Shown here in pieces: positions 1 through 12,760 of a stretch of DNA of 64,000 bases. Under the pieces are notes generated by a model, which worked only from the letters and a program-made list of their open reading frames with translations, was not told where the DNA came from and did no database searches. Origin of the DNA: Camelus dromedarius (Eukaryota); NCBI RefSeq assembly GCF_036321535.1, contig NC_087436.1, positions 113,214,001 to 113,278,000 of the forward strand, written 5' to 3'. The translations under genes and the position numbers were made by a program. How positions within the stretch are numbered: the first letter of the stretch is position 1; every line of letters starts with the position of its first letter.

Positions 1-1419
1 ACTCCCTACTAGGTACAAGGGCTTTTTCTAGGCACTGAATCATTACTAGTCTGTTATTTTATGTATTGAAATTGTCTTGAGATCTTTAAACCTGTGTAGC
101 TCAAGCTGTTGTCTGCAGCTTACTTGCCAAAGGGAATTCAGAGCCCCAGATGACGTCATCTCCACCTCTCCACTGTTATTCAATCGCAGCGATAACCTGG
201 ATAATACAAAATCCCTTCTAAGCCATCAGTCACAGCTGACAGCCTGGGCTGACTTCATAAGCCCCATTTTTTCCATGTCAGTGAAGCGAGGCTCATGCCA
301 AAGAGTTGCCAGGGCACAAAGGCATCATGAGGAGATTAATGATGACAAAGGAAGGGACAGCATGAGACACACACCCTCCCCCTCCCATCCTTTTATTCTG
401 GGGGACCGGTCTCAGGGCTCCATCAGCACGTGCATCCCAGGTAAGGGGATATGTGACCGCTCCCAGGGTCACAGCATCCCCCTCCAACACAGCCCCCTGG
501 GTGTGTGTACTCCTGGTGACTCACTCCAGTGGCTGACAGAGGGTGTGTCTCAATCTTTGTTTTCATCCCAGACCTGCTATAAAAAGTTGAGTGCTGACCA
601 AGTTCTCTGAACATCACTCATCATTCCCATGGATGCTTTTCCCCAGCACCTTCATCAGCCATTATCTGCCATGGAAGTTCCAGCCACCCGTCCTGGGGCT
701 CAAAGGGTCTCATCGTGGCTTTCCCAGTTGGCTACATAACTTCTTGAAAGTTAGTCGTAATAAATCAGATAATCTTTTTGCCCACTCAGCTACGATCATA
801 CTCTTCCCCATAGTGTGAATTGTAGATTGAGGAACCTTATATTTTTAGGTAAATGTTTGCATCAGAGACTGAATTTAAGTCTTTCCAATTGTTCTGAGCA
901 GACACTATTCTAAGATTGCCGTACTGGTTCCAAGATACTTTTTGCTCAGATCCTCAAGAAGACAGCAGGGATGTAATTACTCATCCACTTAAGCCTGTCA
1001 GGAAGGAAATTGCTTATGAGAGGAAGGGAACTGTTATGTGAATTTCCATAAGATTGCGGGCCAAGACTATCACATGTCACTACTTTTCAAATATTGGAAA
1101 AAACCCCACCCCACCCCCATCATTTCTCTGGCTAAATGCAACCTGCTCTTCAATTTATCCAGTTCACTGAAGAAATTGTATTTAGCTGCTTAGAAAATTG
1201 CAAGACAATCTACCAGAAATCGTGTACTGGGCATTTTGTTTGGTCTGTGGGGATTGGCTCATGCTTTTGCTTTAGCTCGCTCTGCCGGCGGGGGCGGGGG
1301 GGGGTTGAACTGTCTAGAGAGCAGGGAGGATGGAGGGAAATATTCTCAATTAGTGGTTCATTTACTTATTTAGGGAAGAAATTGTGTCCTAAAGTTTTTG
1401 CTATGCATTCATTCTCCTC

Positions 1420-1910
1420 TTCAGGTATCAATGCCTCTTGTTTTGGGAAATCACTCTTCCCCACTCCATGATCTGGGTGACCTGCCCTCTACTCAGAGAT
1501 GCTAATTCATGCTGGCCCATCAGTGTACCACATTTCCCTAGCCACAGTGTTTGGTGCAGAGATGGACGTATGAGCCAAGCAGGGCCAATCAGGATCTATA
1601 CTGGGATTTTTGTATGGGCAATGCCACTAGCATTAGTAAATTGTGAGGTTGTGAGTCCAGAGGTCTGTGTGATCATCTTATCAACCATGGAAAGAGACCT
1701 TGTATAGGAATGAAGCCAAAAAGAGGCAAGTAGAGCTGAATGATGGAGACAAGGCACAGCCTTGATCAGCTTTCTTCAGTACTGACTTTGTCAACCAAGA
1801 CTGGCTTTAAGCCATCCAGAGAACCCACCCTTGAGACCCATACAAAATCAACTCCCCCTTCTAATAACATGGTTTGAGTTAGGTTTCTGTCACTTGCAAT
1901 TAAAAGAGGC
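1420..1910 (+). mobile_element. MaLR (MLT1-like) LTR fossil
   Basis: GCCCATCAGTG...AGCCAAGCAGGGCCAATCAG...GTTTGAGTTAGGTTTCTGTCACTTGCAA. Confidence 0.65.
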
Positions 1911-3459
1911 ATGCCTCAAAACATTTATTATGTGCCAGGCAAATGGCTAGACACCTTTATCTCTGCACATCTCTTAATCCTCAGAGCATCCATCAGCACG
2001 AGAGAACACTATTACTATTTTACAGAATATCATTCCCATTTTACAGAGGTTCAGAGAGGAGTAAGAACTCACCCACATTCCCATGACTAGTGAGCAGTAC
2101 ACCCAGGTCCCTACCCAGGCTATCAAAGCTCTCTCCACCCTGCAGAGTGGCTCTCTGAGTCATTCATCCTCACTATGCTTCAATGTCATCTCAGGAGGCT
2201 AACTAATAAATTGGTGCATTTTGTAAACATGGGAAAGCCACAAAGAAATAAGAATTATGTTGGCAAAGTAGAGGCACACCTTGGGATATGAGCCACCCCA
2301 AAGAGAAACCAGCTTCATTTCTGGACATTGACATTCAATTTCTCCCTGGGGTTTCTATCTGATTGTGTTTTTCATGAAATTAATGAACAGTGCAACACTC
2401 TCTTCTTGAATTAGATTTATGGAAGCATAACAAAATCTGTCCCAAGGAATTATTATCAAATGAGAAGGAGAAATCATTCGGAACAACAAAAAAAAAATTC
2501 CTAATTTTCTTCCTTTATTGGATCAAGACAAATTAGATTAGGAAAGAGTTTTCAGCAGTGGGAGTGTGAATCACAAGTCGCTGATAGCTCTTGGAGAGCT
2601 TGTCTGTGTCTTTCTGTGTTTACTTGATGCCATCTTTCTAGCACCTGGCCAGTAAACATTCTTATTTCCAGAATATGGAAATAAGAAATGCTAAAATGGT
2701 TGTGTAGGCATACATAGCATCCAGTCTACTCTCAACAAAGGCCACAGGAAAAGGACAATACAGGCGTCTACATTCTTAAATTGCTCTATGTGCTAATTAG
2801 CAGGTAATTAGCATATAAAAACTGATCCATTTTAGACCCTAGAAATCAAGGTAATGATAGCTACTTCAATGAACATTAGGGCTTCAATACTCGACACTTC
2901 TAAAATCCTTACAAAAGCCTTCTTAAAGGTAAATACTGTTGTTCCTATTTCATGGATTAGGATAATAAGGCTCAAAAACATAAGGAACTGTCTTGAACTT
3001 CCCCAGATGAGGAAGGCAGGGTTCAACCCAAGGTATCTCTGATTTCAGTGCCTGAGGGCTTCCTGCTTTGCCAATATGAGCTCTCGACCCAAGTTCTGGA
3101 CTCTGCCCCACCAAGTTTATTACTGAAAGTGTGGTTTTCACCCTCTGTGTGTGTACTGACAAACTGATGGTGGGAGGGTACCCAGGCATGAGTTTCGTCC
3201 CCTGCCAGTTGTCAGGCTGGATGAGGCTGCCCACCCAGTCTGGGCGAAGCCAAAGTTGAGGCATTTGTCCAAGTCCTGGCTCTGTACTGTCCAGTTTGAT
3301 CTGGGGAAGCATGACCCCTCTCTGGGACTTTGAACATTGACCTTCCCATCTGTGAAATGGGGCTGAGTAGCTACCTTACAGAGTTAAGGAAAGAATCCAA
3401 TGAGATGACCTGTAAAGTCCTTAGCACAGGACCTGCCTCCATGTACTAAACAGTCTGAA

Positions 3460-3835
3460 TCCACTTTGGACATTTGACTATTGACAGCTCATAAGCCTCA
3501 CTCCTCCCTTCTCCCCTTCTGCCTCACATCTGGGCAAGCTGACTAGAAAGTCAGGGTGGTCCCTCCTTTGGAACTGATGGGAGATTCAAATTACACAAGC
3601 CCCTGAAATCCTTACCCAGCTCACCCACAGTAACAGCCTCAAGCCGGTCTCCCTTCCTTGCTCTAAGCCAGTTTCAGACCAACCTGGGAGGCTTGCTCTG
3701 CTTTCCTAAAGAGCCTGGTCACGTAAATAACACATCTTTGTGCACTTCTTCTCGGGTGTGGGCGTCGTCAGCCTCGACACCCAGAGCAGATTTGGGGTGG
3801 GTGGATGAACTCCTGTTTCCAAAGGGTGTCCAAGA
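3460..3835 (+). mobile_element. Solo LTR fossil (ERV1-like)
   Basis: CACATCTGGGCAAGCTGACTAGAAAG...CCCTCCTTTGG... resembles recalled MER34/MER39-type LTRs. Confidence 0.45.
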
Positions 3836-5407
3836 CACACAGAGTATATTAGCTATCGTGATTAGCATTTTTAAAAAGTTGAATTTGAAGGTTTTAAATT
3901 TCATGCAAGAAATTCCTAATTGCTAGTATTGACTTGAACTTAGACATTTAATTGACAGCAGTCACTCTGGAAGAAATGGCATTAATAGGGTTTTCAGAAA
4001 GGCTGGTGGGAAAGTCATTTGCTCCAGGTTTGGACAGGTGTGGATCCAGGGTGTGGAGGGGGAGGGGGACGTTCTGGGCTTGGTGGAGGGGGGTGCTCTG
4101 ACATTTTCTTAGACTGGCCAGAAGTCGAATGAGCCAAGACTCCATTATAAGTTGCTGATTTAGTAAGAACAATAGAAGTCAAGACTGAAGAAGATATTTC
4201 CATTGTCACATTCAAGAAGATGAGGTGAGGGGTGAAGGACCAAACAGATCAACAATAGTTTAGGAGCTGAATGCATGGCTGTCAGAAGCAGAATGTTAAG
4301 TCTATAGGCTCTTATTCGTGGAAGCTGTTTGATTCCTCCTTAACCCCCTCACTAAACTGTCTCCCTGCTCCACACCAGATTGGCTGAAAGCCAAAACAAC
4401 TGAGCAAATAATCTGCACTGATCTTCCTCAGGCAATTGATAAATGACCAGCTCTTTATTGACAACTTAGAAAACCAGTCTCCTGAAGGGATTTTGGCTTG
4501 AACACATCAGTTCTTACCAAGTTGCTGGGACCATAAGTTTGATGAATTTTCCTTTTCCAAAAGTGAGACACTGAAACATCCTGAGATGATTTGAATCTGC
4601 TCCAAGTCACCTGGCCAAACAGTGAATACAGTCTGTCCACTGGACAATGTTTTCCTGATTTAAGTTGAAACATAAGGAATACAATTTATGTTTCTAGTTC
4701 AGTCAACACAGGAATGTGAGGAGATTTTATAAGCTCCGTATAAACAAAGGTATGATGTTTGGGCTCAGGATGACAGAGCTGAAACTGTGAAACTTGGATG
4801 CTGTGCGCTATGCTTTGCGTGCAAGGACTCAGATTTCTTGAAGCAATGAAATAAAGCATACACGTGTTTGAAACCAGGCAAGCACACTTGGGTAGAGCTT
4901 TCAGGGTGAGTCACCTTTCTCCATCACAGGTGATGATCTGTTACTCAAATGGGACCAGGAGACCAGTGCTCAGGGGAAAAGCCTGAGGGAGCACAGGGGT
5001 GTGATTGCTTGCAGACACCAAGCCCTCCAGGACCCTGACAGCCGTGGTGTGTCTCAGTAATAGACATAAATTGTTTTAGCACTGTTTCAAGGATTTGGCT
5101 TCTATACAGAATTATTTCTGACTGCCTTAAGTAATTTCTAAAAGGCTGGTCCATCCCAAATTGGTTTTTCAAAATTTCCTTTATATGGTATGATCATAAA
5201 AATTGCAATCTATAAAAACATTAGTTTGGGGACATTTTTCCCCCCAGAGTTTTTTTTTTTTTTTTTTTTCCTCACTAGGGGGAGGAAACCATTGTGAAGA
5301 GAGCATGAGTTAAGTGTTTTATGCTGTTAGTTGCCTAAATGTTTCTTTTTGACAATTGCCTCTCTCACCATTTACTCACCCTCCAGGATAAAGAGATTCA
5401 GGTGTAT

Positions 5408-5855
<448 letters not shown>

Positions 5856-5930
5856 GTATAAGTATAGTCAATTATAATGTGTCAATCTCTGGTGTACAGC
5901 TAATGTCCCAGCCATACATATCATGTATAT
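5856..5930 (-). mobile_element. Short LINE-1 3' tip
   Basis: AAGTATAGTCAATTATAATGTGTCAATCTCTGGTGTACAGC matches the other L1 3' tips and lies between two pyrimidine tracts. Confidence 0.8.
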
Positions 5931-6299
5931 AATCTTTCTTTCTCCTCCCTCTCCCCCTCCGTCCTTCTTTCCTTCCCCTTTCCTCCCTCCCTTTCTCCCT
6001 CCCTTTCTCCCTCTCTTCCTTCCTTCCTTCCTTCTTTCATTCCTTCCTTCCTTTCTTCCTCCCTCCCTTCCTTCTGACTCTTCTTGAACAAATAATAGTT
6101 GAGGTTTTGCTATGTGTCAGACTACGGTCTAAATTCAATTGATTGCTTTATCAAAATGATGTAGGACTCAGTTTACTACTGAGTAGCTGAAGGAGAAAGA
6201 GAAGTCAATCAAAACGAAATAGAATCCCTTCCTTGCCTTAAGAGGGGGGAGGTGAAATCGTGAAGTGACCAGAATCACGGCCATGGTTACTGGACCCCC

Positions 6300-7612
6300 C
6301 TCCAGCTGCAGCCCTGTGTTATCTTTCCTTCTCAAACCAGTCATCTGTAACCTCCATTTCAAATTCCTGATCAGCCACTTAGATAATGGTTTAGATAATC
6401 ATCATCTCAGAAGGGCTCTTGCCAAAAGTCCCCAGTGGCTTCTAAGCTGCTAAATCCAAAGGGTATTTTTCAACCACAATCTCACTTGACGTCAGAAGAA
6501 TTTTATGTTTTTTCAAGAACCTCTTCCTTTTGTTTTTAATGATACAATACATCCCTTGTTTTCAATACGCTTTGCAGGCTCACCCTCCTCTTTCTGTCCC
6601 TTCCAAATTGGAGCTCATTAAGCTCGCATTTCCTTAGTCTCTCCTCAGACAACTTCATTATCTTCATGGCTTCAATTTCATCATCTGAATGTTGGAGACT
6701 TAGGCGTTTATGTCAGTCAATGGCTCCCTTCCATCTCTCCATGCAACCTCTCCATGGGGGTAATTTAAAGGCATCTTACAGTCATCAAGTTCAAAGCCAA
6801 ACTCAAGATTTTCCTTCTGCCTTCCGACCCAAGCCCCTTCCACTGTCTTGTGCTCAATCCTTGGCAGCAGAGTCTTTCCAGTTCAGTCCAAGATCTAAAG
6901 TCACCCTTGACAGTCCTATATTTACTCAGCAAGTCCTATAATTCTATCTCCTAAATATCTCTCATAACTGTTCACTCCCATTGTCACTACACCACTCCCA
7001 TTCTTTTCCCAGTAAGCCCCAAATCAGTGGTCGGACTGCAGCAGGAGCAACTCACCCAGAAGAAAGAGACTTTTCTGACTTGACGAGGAGAGGTCCAAAT
7101 GTCCTTTCACACCACTGCCACCCTCTTCTTCACTTACCACAGTTTGCAATTATACTTTGGATTTTGTGATTATTTGATTAATATTTGTCTCTTCCATGAT
7201 AGCAGAGAGCTTGTCTGACCTTGCCCTCATATTCTCAGTACCACCATTCCTCGGTATCTGCAGAAGATTGGTTCCAGAAACCCAGGTGGGTACCAAAATT
7301 CACAGATGCTCAAGTCCCTTATGTAAAATGGCATAGTGTTTGCATTTGACCTAAGTACATCTTCCCATATACTGTATACTTTAAATCATCTCCAGATTAT
7401 CTAATACAATGTAAATGCTATGTACGTAGTTGTAAATACAATGTAAACACTATGTGGCAAATTCATGTTTTGCTTTTTAGAACTTTCTGATAACTTTTTA
7501 AAAAATATTTTCTATCTGTGATTGGTTGAATCCACAGACCCAAAACCTGTGGATATGGAGGGCTGACTGTATTCTAAAACTGTGCCTAGAACTTAATGGT
7601 CACTTAGATATT
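6300..7612 (+). mobile_element. LINE-2 fossil (interrupted by MER2)
   Basis: L2-typical degenerate segments such as GCTAAATCCAAAGG...CTCACTTGAC, TCATGGCTTCAATT and GTGCCTAGAACTTAATGGTCACTTAGATATT. Confidence 0.6.
7241..7569 (+). mobile_element. MER2-like Tigger DNA transposon fossil, nested in L2
   Basis: CCTCGGTATCTGCAG...GATGCTCAAGTCCCTTATG...ACTTTAAATCATCTCCAGATT...GGATATGGAGGGCTGACTG, flanked by TA. Confidence 0.85.
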
Positions 7613-8607
7613 GCCTTTTTTTTAGTATAATGGGTAAAATCCCTGGCTCTGCCATTTACCGCCTATGTGGACTTGTGTTTTTTGCCTTCCTCAAAGCTCT
7701 GCTTCCCTGTTTGTGAAACGGAGATATAGATTCCCACATTTGTAGGGTTGGCATGGCGTTTACATGAGATGGTGCCTTTGAAATATTTCTGAGTGAGTGT
7801 CTTGCTAAGCACGCGGGAATTGGCTGCGCTCCCCACATACAAGTTCATGACTTGGAGTTTTTGGGGAAAGAAAATCCTACTGGAAGATCAAATACATTTT
7901 AAATTATTTTTAATATATGTTGTGGGGAACTGGATATGGAGCCATGAGCCTTCAAACAAATTCAGAGCGAGCACCAGTCAGATGCAGGGCCAGTGAGAAT
8001 GATGGCTCCGAAAGCAGGGCTCTGTCCTGCTAGTGTTCAAACACCTAAGAGTAAGCAAGACTTCTTTCCTAATGAACCAGTTGTGCAGAAAACACTTAGG
8101 GATGCGTGGAGGTTGCTGCTGCATTTCTTAGCAGGGAGGCATACTTCCTGGGGTCCGTCAGAGGTCAGGAAGATGGGAAGATATCAACTCTTGCCCCTCA
8201 ACCAGCTCCCGGGGAGAACGGCAGAACCTCACGTGCAGCATTAGCATCCCCGTGGGGGGTGGGGGGCTATCCCTCCAGCTGGGAATAGGCTGTGATTCCT
8301 CCTCCTGTGAAAAGTGACGCTATGCAGACACTTTCTGTCTTTTGCCACTAAAAACACACTGTGGCCTCTGACTGTATCTCAGAGGGCACATGTGTCCATG
8401 AATGGGGGTGAGGCGGGCGGGGGGGGGGCTGCTGCTAAATTCTTTCTCTGGGAATACACACCAGGGAAGCCATTCTTTCTTCCTTGGGGAGGGGACATGA
8501 GGGGTGGAGAAAGTCCCTGTGTGTTCAGATCATTGTCCTTTAGGGGACTTTAAATGAAGTGCTACTTGGAAAGGTCTTGTTTGATGACCTCTGTGCTGTA
8601 TGTTCTT

Positions 8608-8700
8608 CTTCTTTTTTTTTTTTAATGGAGGTGCTAGGGATTGAACCCAGGACCCTGTGCATGCTAGCGTGTGCTCTACCACCTGCGCTATACCCTCCCT
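8608..8700 (-). mobile_element. tRNA-Ala-derived SINE (camelid type)
   Basis: Reverse complement reads AGGGAGGGTATAGCGCAGGTGGTAGAGCACAC...GGGTTCAATCCCTAGCACCTCC plus an A tail. 17-bp TSD at 8591-8607 / 8702-8718. Confidence 0.92.
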
Positions 8701-8975
8701 GCTGCACTGTATGTTCTTGTGTTCTTGATATAAAGACAATACTAGGTGTTGGCAGAAGCAAGCCCACAAGCCCAGCCCCTCAGTCCATGATTCTTTCCTG
8801 TACAGTTAAACACATGAGTATATGACCCAGGGATGGGCAGTCTTCAGTGTGGTTTAGAATGAAACTTCCAACCATGCTCCATTTTCTGGAGCACAAAACC
8901 TGGTGGCAACACAGAATCCACATAATACACGCACAGGACTTCTTTCACTTGTACACCAGTGGTTCCTGGAGATTC

Positions 8976-8978
<3 letters not shown>

Positions 8979-9016
<38 letters not shown>

Positions 9017-9022
9017 CGCATG
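8979..9022 (+). repeat. (TG)15(CG)5 microsatellite
   Basis: Direct reading. Confidence 0.97.
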
Positions 9023-10016
9023 AAACCACGCGGTAGCAGGAAAGAGTCTAGGCCAATGGAACAGGCATAAGAATGCACAGGAGTCATTTATGAAACACCT
9101 GGCTCATCCAGGGCATGGGGCTGAGAACATTACATGCATTATCTTTAGTCCTCATAATAACACTGCAGGATGGATGCGTATTATCCCTGAGAACCAAGAA
9201 ACTGTCAGAAATTAGGTTGTAACACCAGGTCTAGCTTGTTTCACAGTTTCGCCTCATTCACCCCTGCATTCTGCTGTCATAGCTCATCGCTCCCGGCTTT
9301 GAAGAGGGCATGGATGGAAAGAGAATGACTGTCCTTCAGATCGAATAGGAAAACAGCAGCAAACCCTGCCTGCGTAGAAAGCGCAGAGGAGCAGTCAGCC
9401 CCTGCCTGCAAACAGCCTTTGAGAAAGAGCGCTTTCTGGCCGCGATGGCAGGAAACCGGAGTTCCCTCTGCAGGATGACTGTCACTTAGATAAACAGAAT
9501 CGGTGTCGAGGCCACAGGGCAGCTCCCTGTTTAATGACTTGCTGAGAAAAACAGGGCGATGGGAAATGACCCAGACCCAGTTTTTCAGAGGAGTGGCTGT
9601 GGGCCCTGCCCTGCCCGGTTTGACGTGGCTCTGGCTCCAGCTGGCGATGCCCGCCTCCACCCTCCCCGGTCTGCCTTTGGTGTGGGTTTCCTTCTCTCAG
9701 TGCCCCGTTTTCACCCAAGTCGTGATGAGACTTGCTTTCAAATAGATCCTTTCAGAGTTGGATGCAGGCCTTCTTTACTCCCTCCCAAGTCCCCTTTATG
9801 CCCTTTGCTTCTGTGACCACAATCAGGTCACCGTTGCCAAGGAACACAGGAGGACAGGGAGTGCACTCTGGGGGAGACAGGAAAGGGGTCTGAGCCGCCC
9901 AGACCCCAATCAAGGGCCTCCAGACATCAATTCTGCCTCCTTTTCCTCTCGGCAGGAGACATTTCAGCCTCTTTTCTTTTCTTTCTTTCTTTTTACTCTT
10001 TTTCTTAAAATCAGTA

Positions 10017-10140
10017 TTTATTTTATTTTATTTTTTTGGGGGGGGGCGTAGAGGTAACTTTTAGAAGAGGTGCCAGGGATTGAACCCGTGACCTCGTGCA
10101 TGCTAAGCGTGTGCTGTAGCACTGAGTTATGCCCTCCGCA
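10017..10140 (-). mobile_element. tRNA-Ala-derived SINE (camelid type, longer tail)
   Basis: Reverse complement reads GGAGGGCATAACTCAGTG...GCTTAGCATGCACGAGGTCACGGGTTCAATCCCTGG plus C-rich and (AAAAT)n tail. TTAAAATCAG occurs on both sides. Confidence 0.88.
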
Positions 10141-10844
10141 AGCCCCTTTTCTTTTAAAATCAGATTTTTTATAAGTGCTATTAAGAGAGTAACATTTACA
10201 TGACATGCTGATACATTGTGACTTTTACCATCCTGTCCTTGGGTCCCCATGTGTCCACGTGGCCAGTAGCATGTATTTACTTCTAAATGGATTTCCAAAG
10301 AGTCATCGAAAGTAAAACCCAATGGACAGTTGCAGCCTCTTCACTCACAGATGAGGCCTGACCGCATTCCACTGTCTCTGGGCAACACAGAGGAGAAAGG
10401 TGTCCAACTCCAGCTGTCCGGCCAAATGGTGTCCTCTCTTCTACCTCAACGCCCAGTTCCTGCTTATCTTGCTGTCTGAAAACTGCTGACACCAAGGGAA
10501 CAATTTTATCCAGAAGTGGGAGGAAGGATTCCTCTGACTATTAGAAATTAAGACCCTTGGTCCCATTGGGCACGAATTCAAATTTTGGGGGGAAAGAAAT
10601 CTGAGAAGAAATCACTTTTCCAGCTGTTGTATGAGCCACGCCATGCTGTCAGAGAGGGCCTCGTTCCTCCGACCCCGTCCTCTGGTCATCATCTCTTCCT
10701 CCAGATGGTGACCTTTGAGAGACTATAAAGATAAAAGAAGTTTGTGCTTTATTTTCTTTTTCAGATATGATGATTCTATTCATTTAAAAAAATTATTTCT
10801 TACATTGCTCTCCTTCCTGATAGATTCAAGTCCTTTCTTTCTGA

Positions 10845-11150
10845 ATGTAGCTGACACAGATTGACTCACCCAGGCTCCAAACTCTACCCCATTTGCTATG
10901 GCTGTGCCCATGATAGACGCTGTGAAAGCACACTAGTTGATTTTCTAACCCTCCTCGTAGCCACAATAATAATTTGACTCAGTTCTGGCCAATGAGAAAT
11001 AAGTTAAATTTTGCAGTATCTACCCTGACCTTTCCTCTTTTTCCCTGTCTTGAAGGGAGGCGTGATGTCCAGGCCTGAAGCTCCCATCTTGTCACCATGA
11101 GGTGACATGTGTAAGGGGAAGACCAAGAGAATCTCAGAGAGGCTACTTCT
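10845..11150 (+). mobile_element. MaLR (MLT1-like) LTR fragment
   Basis: TGACTCAGTTCTGGCCAATGAGA...CCCATCTTGTCACCATGAGG. Confidence 0.6.
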
Positions 11151-11421
11151 GATATCAGATCAGATTTTACTTTGTATTTTTTTTATCTTCATTTACCCAA
11201 CTGCTCATTTATGCTATTTGCTTAATACAGACACACACGTGTGCGAACACACACACACATACGGCACTTCCCATAGCCAGCCACTGCTTTAATAATTTGA
11301 GACTCATTAGTAAACAAAGTAGACAAAGAACCCTGTCTTCCATCTTGTAATTCAGCAGACAAGATAGACATTAAGCAATAGATGTAATGACTGATGTAAT
11401 TATATAGGAAGAAATAGTTAC

Positions 11422-11446
11422 CACACACACACACACACACACACAC
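11422..11446 (+). repeat. (CA)n microsatellite
   Basis: Direct reading. Confidence 0.95.
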
Positions 11447-11799
11447 AGAGAGAATAAAGGAAACAAGGTAAAGGGCAAGGGGCATGCAAGGGTCGGGATT
11501 GGCTTCAGTGACAACTAGGATGGTCAGGACAGGATGTAAGCTCCACCTGCAGGCACCTAGAAGACTTGCAGTAGGTGCCCAAGGAAAATGTATTGAGTGA
11601 AGGAGTAAGTGAGTCAGCTGTTTTCTTCTTGGCTTCTTGTTAGAGATGAATGATTACCTATGAGTATAATTTCCAGTTAATTAAGGTTTCTAAAATTGCA
11701 TCCAAAAGCATTCCTAACGGATACACTGAATTCAATCCTTGTATAAGTTTTTTCAGTGAATGTCTTAGTTTGAGACTATATTAAAATGACTCTAACTCT

Positions 11800-12760
11800 C
11801 AAATAAAAACTCGGCTGGGGGATTTTCCTTCCCCTTCAGCACCTTGGAAGAGTTGTTTATTTTCTGTTGTCCACTGTTTCTGAGCGGATGCCCCTCTGAC
11901 TCTTTCTCTGAAGGTCACTTGGCTATTCTGTCTCACGAATCTGAGGTTTTCACTTGTCCTTGATATTATGTAATTTCAGCATCATGTGGTTAGTGAGTAT
12001 ATTTACATCTATCTCACTCAGGAGTATGCTTTTCTGGTGTGCTTTTTTTGTTTTAATTTTAAAACTCAACTGTTGTTTTCTTTTAATTTTGGGAAATATT
12101 CTCATCTTTCTTTCTACATTACTTTCCTTGTTCTCTCCCTTCTCAACTTGTAGAACCCTCGTTAGGTATCTGCTCAGCCCTGTCCTCTCTTTCACATCTC
12201 TTACCTTCCCTTTCACATTTTCCATCTCCTTATCCCTTTGTGCTACCGTCTGGTTAATTTACTCAGCTCTGTTCTACTGTTTCCTTATTCTCTTTTCAAC
12301 TATGTCTAGTTGAATTTAATTGTTTGATGAGTTTTTATTTCATCTACTGGAATTATTTATTTCTAGGTTTTCTTAGGCTCATTTTAAAATCTACAGCTGC
12401 TCTTGGTATCCACGGGGGTCTTGGAACTAACAATCAACCCAAGGTTGCAGATGTGGAACCCATAGATCTGGAGGGTTGACAGTTCCTACAATTTTACTTA
12501 AGAAGCTCTGCTTTATATTATCCCCTTATTTCTCTACTTCACTATTTGAACGTGCTTTACTTATTTCAACGTCCCTTTCACATCACTCCACTATCGCTAG
12601 CTGTTTAGATGTGCATTATCCTACTTACTGAGTCTACTGGCTCTTTCCTGGAACAACTGCAATCTTCGTGTGCTTTGTAAGTTTTAAAAATATGAGTTCA
12701 TCTTTCATGGGAGTTGTCTTCTGCACGAGTCTTTTTTGTACCTGGGATTGAATGAATCCT
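11800..12760 (-). mobile_element. Ancient L1/HAL1 ORF1-region fossil
   Basis: ORF 11950..12225 (MENVKGKVRDVKER...IFPKIK...MMLKLHNIKDK) is a degenerate L1 ORF1-like peptide in T-rich antisense sequence. Confidence 0.6.
12394..12482 (+). mobile_element. ~90-bp internally deleted MER2/Tigger-like element
   Basis: TA|CAGCTGCTCTTGGTATCCACGGGGG...GAACCCATAGATCTGGAGGGTTGACAG. Both ends resemble the ends of the element at 7241-7569. Confidence 0.65.

Noticed and set aside
77..610. 177-aa ORF and the many other 60-170 aa ORFs in the track
   Set aside because: Mostly non-ATG starts, no recognisable domains, and numbers consistent with chance in six frames.
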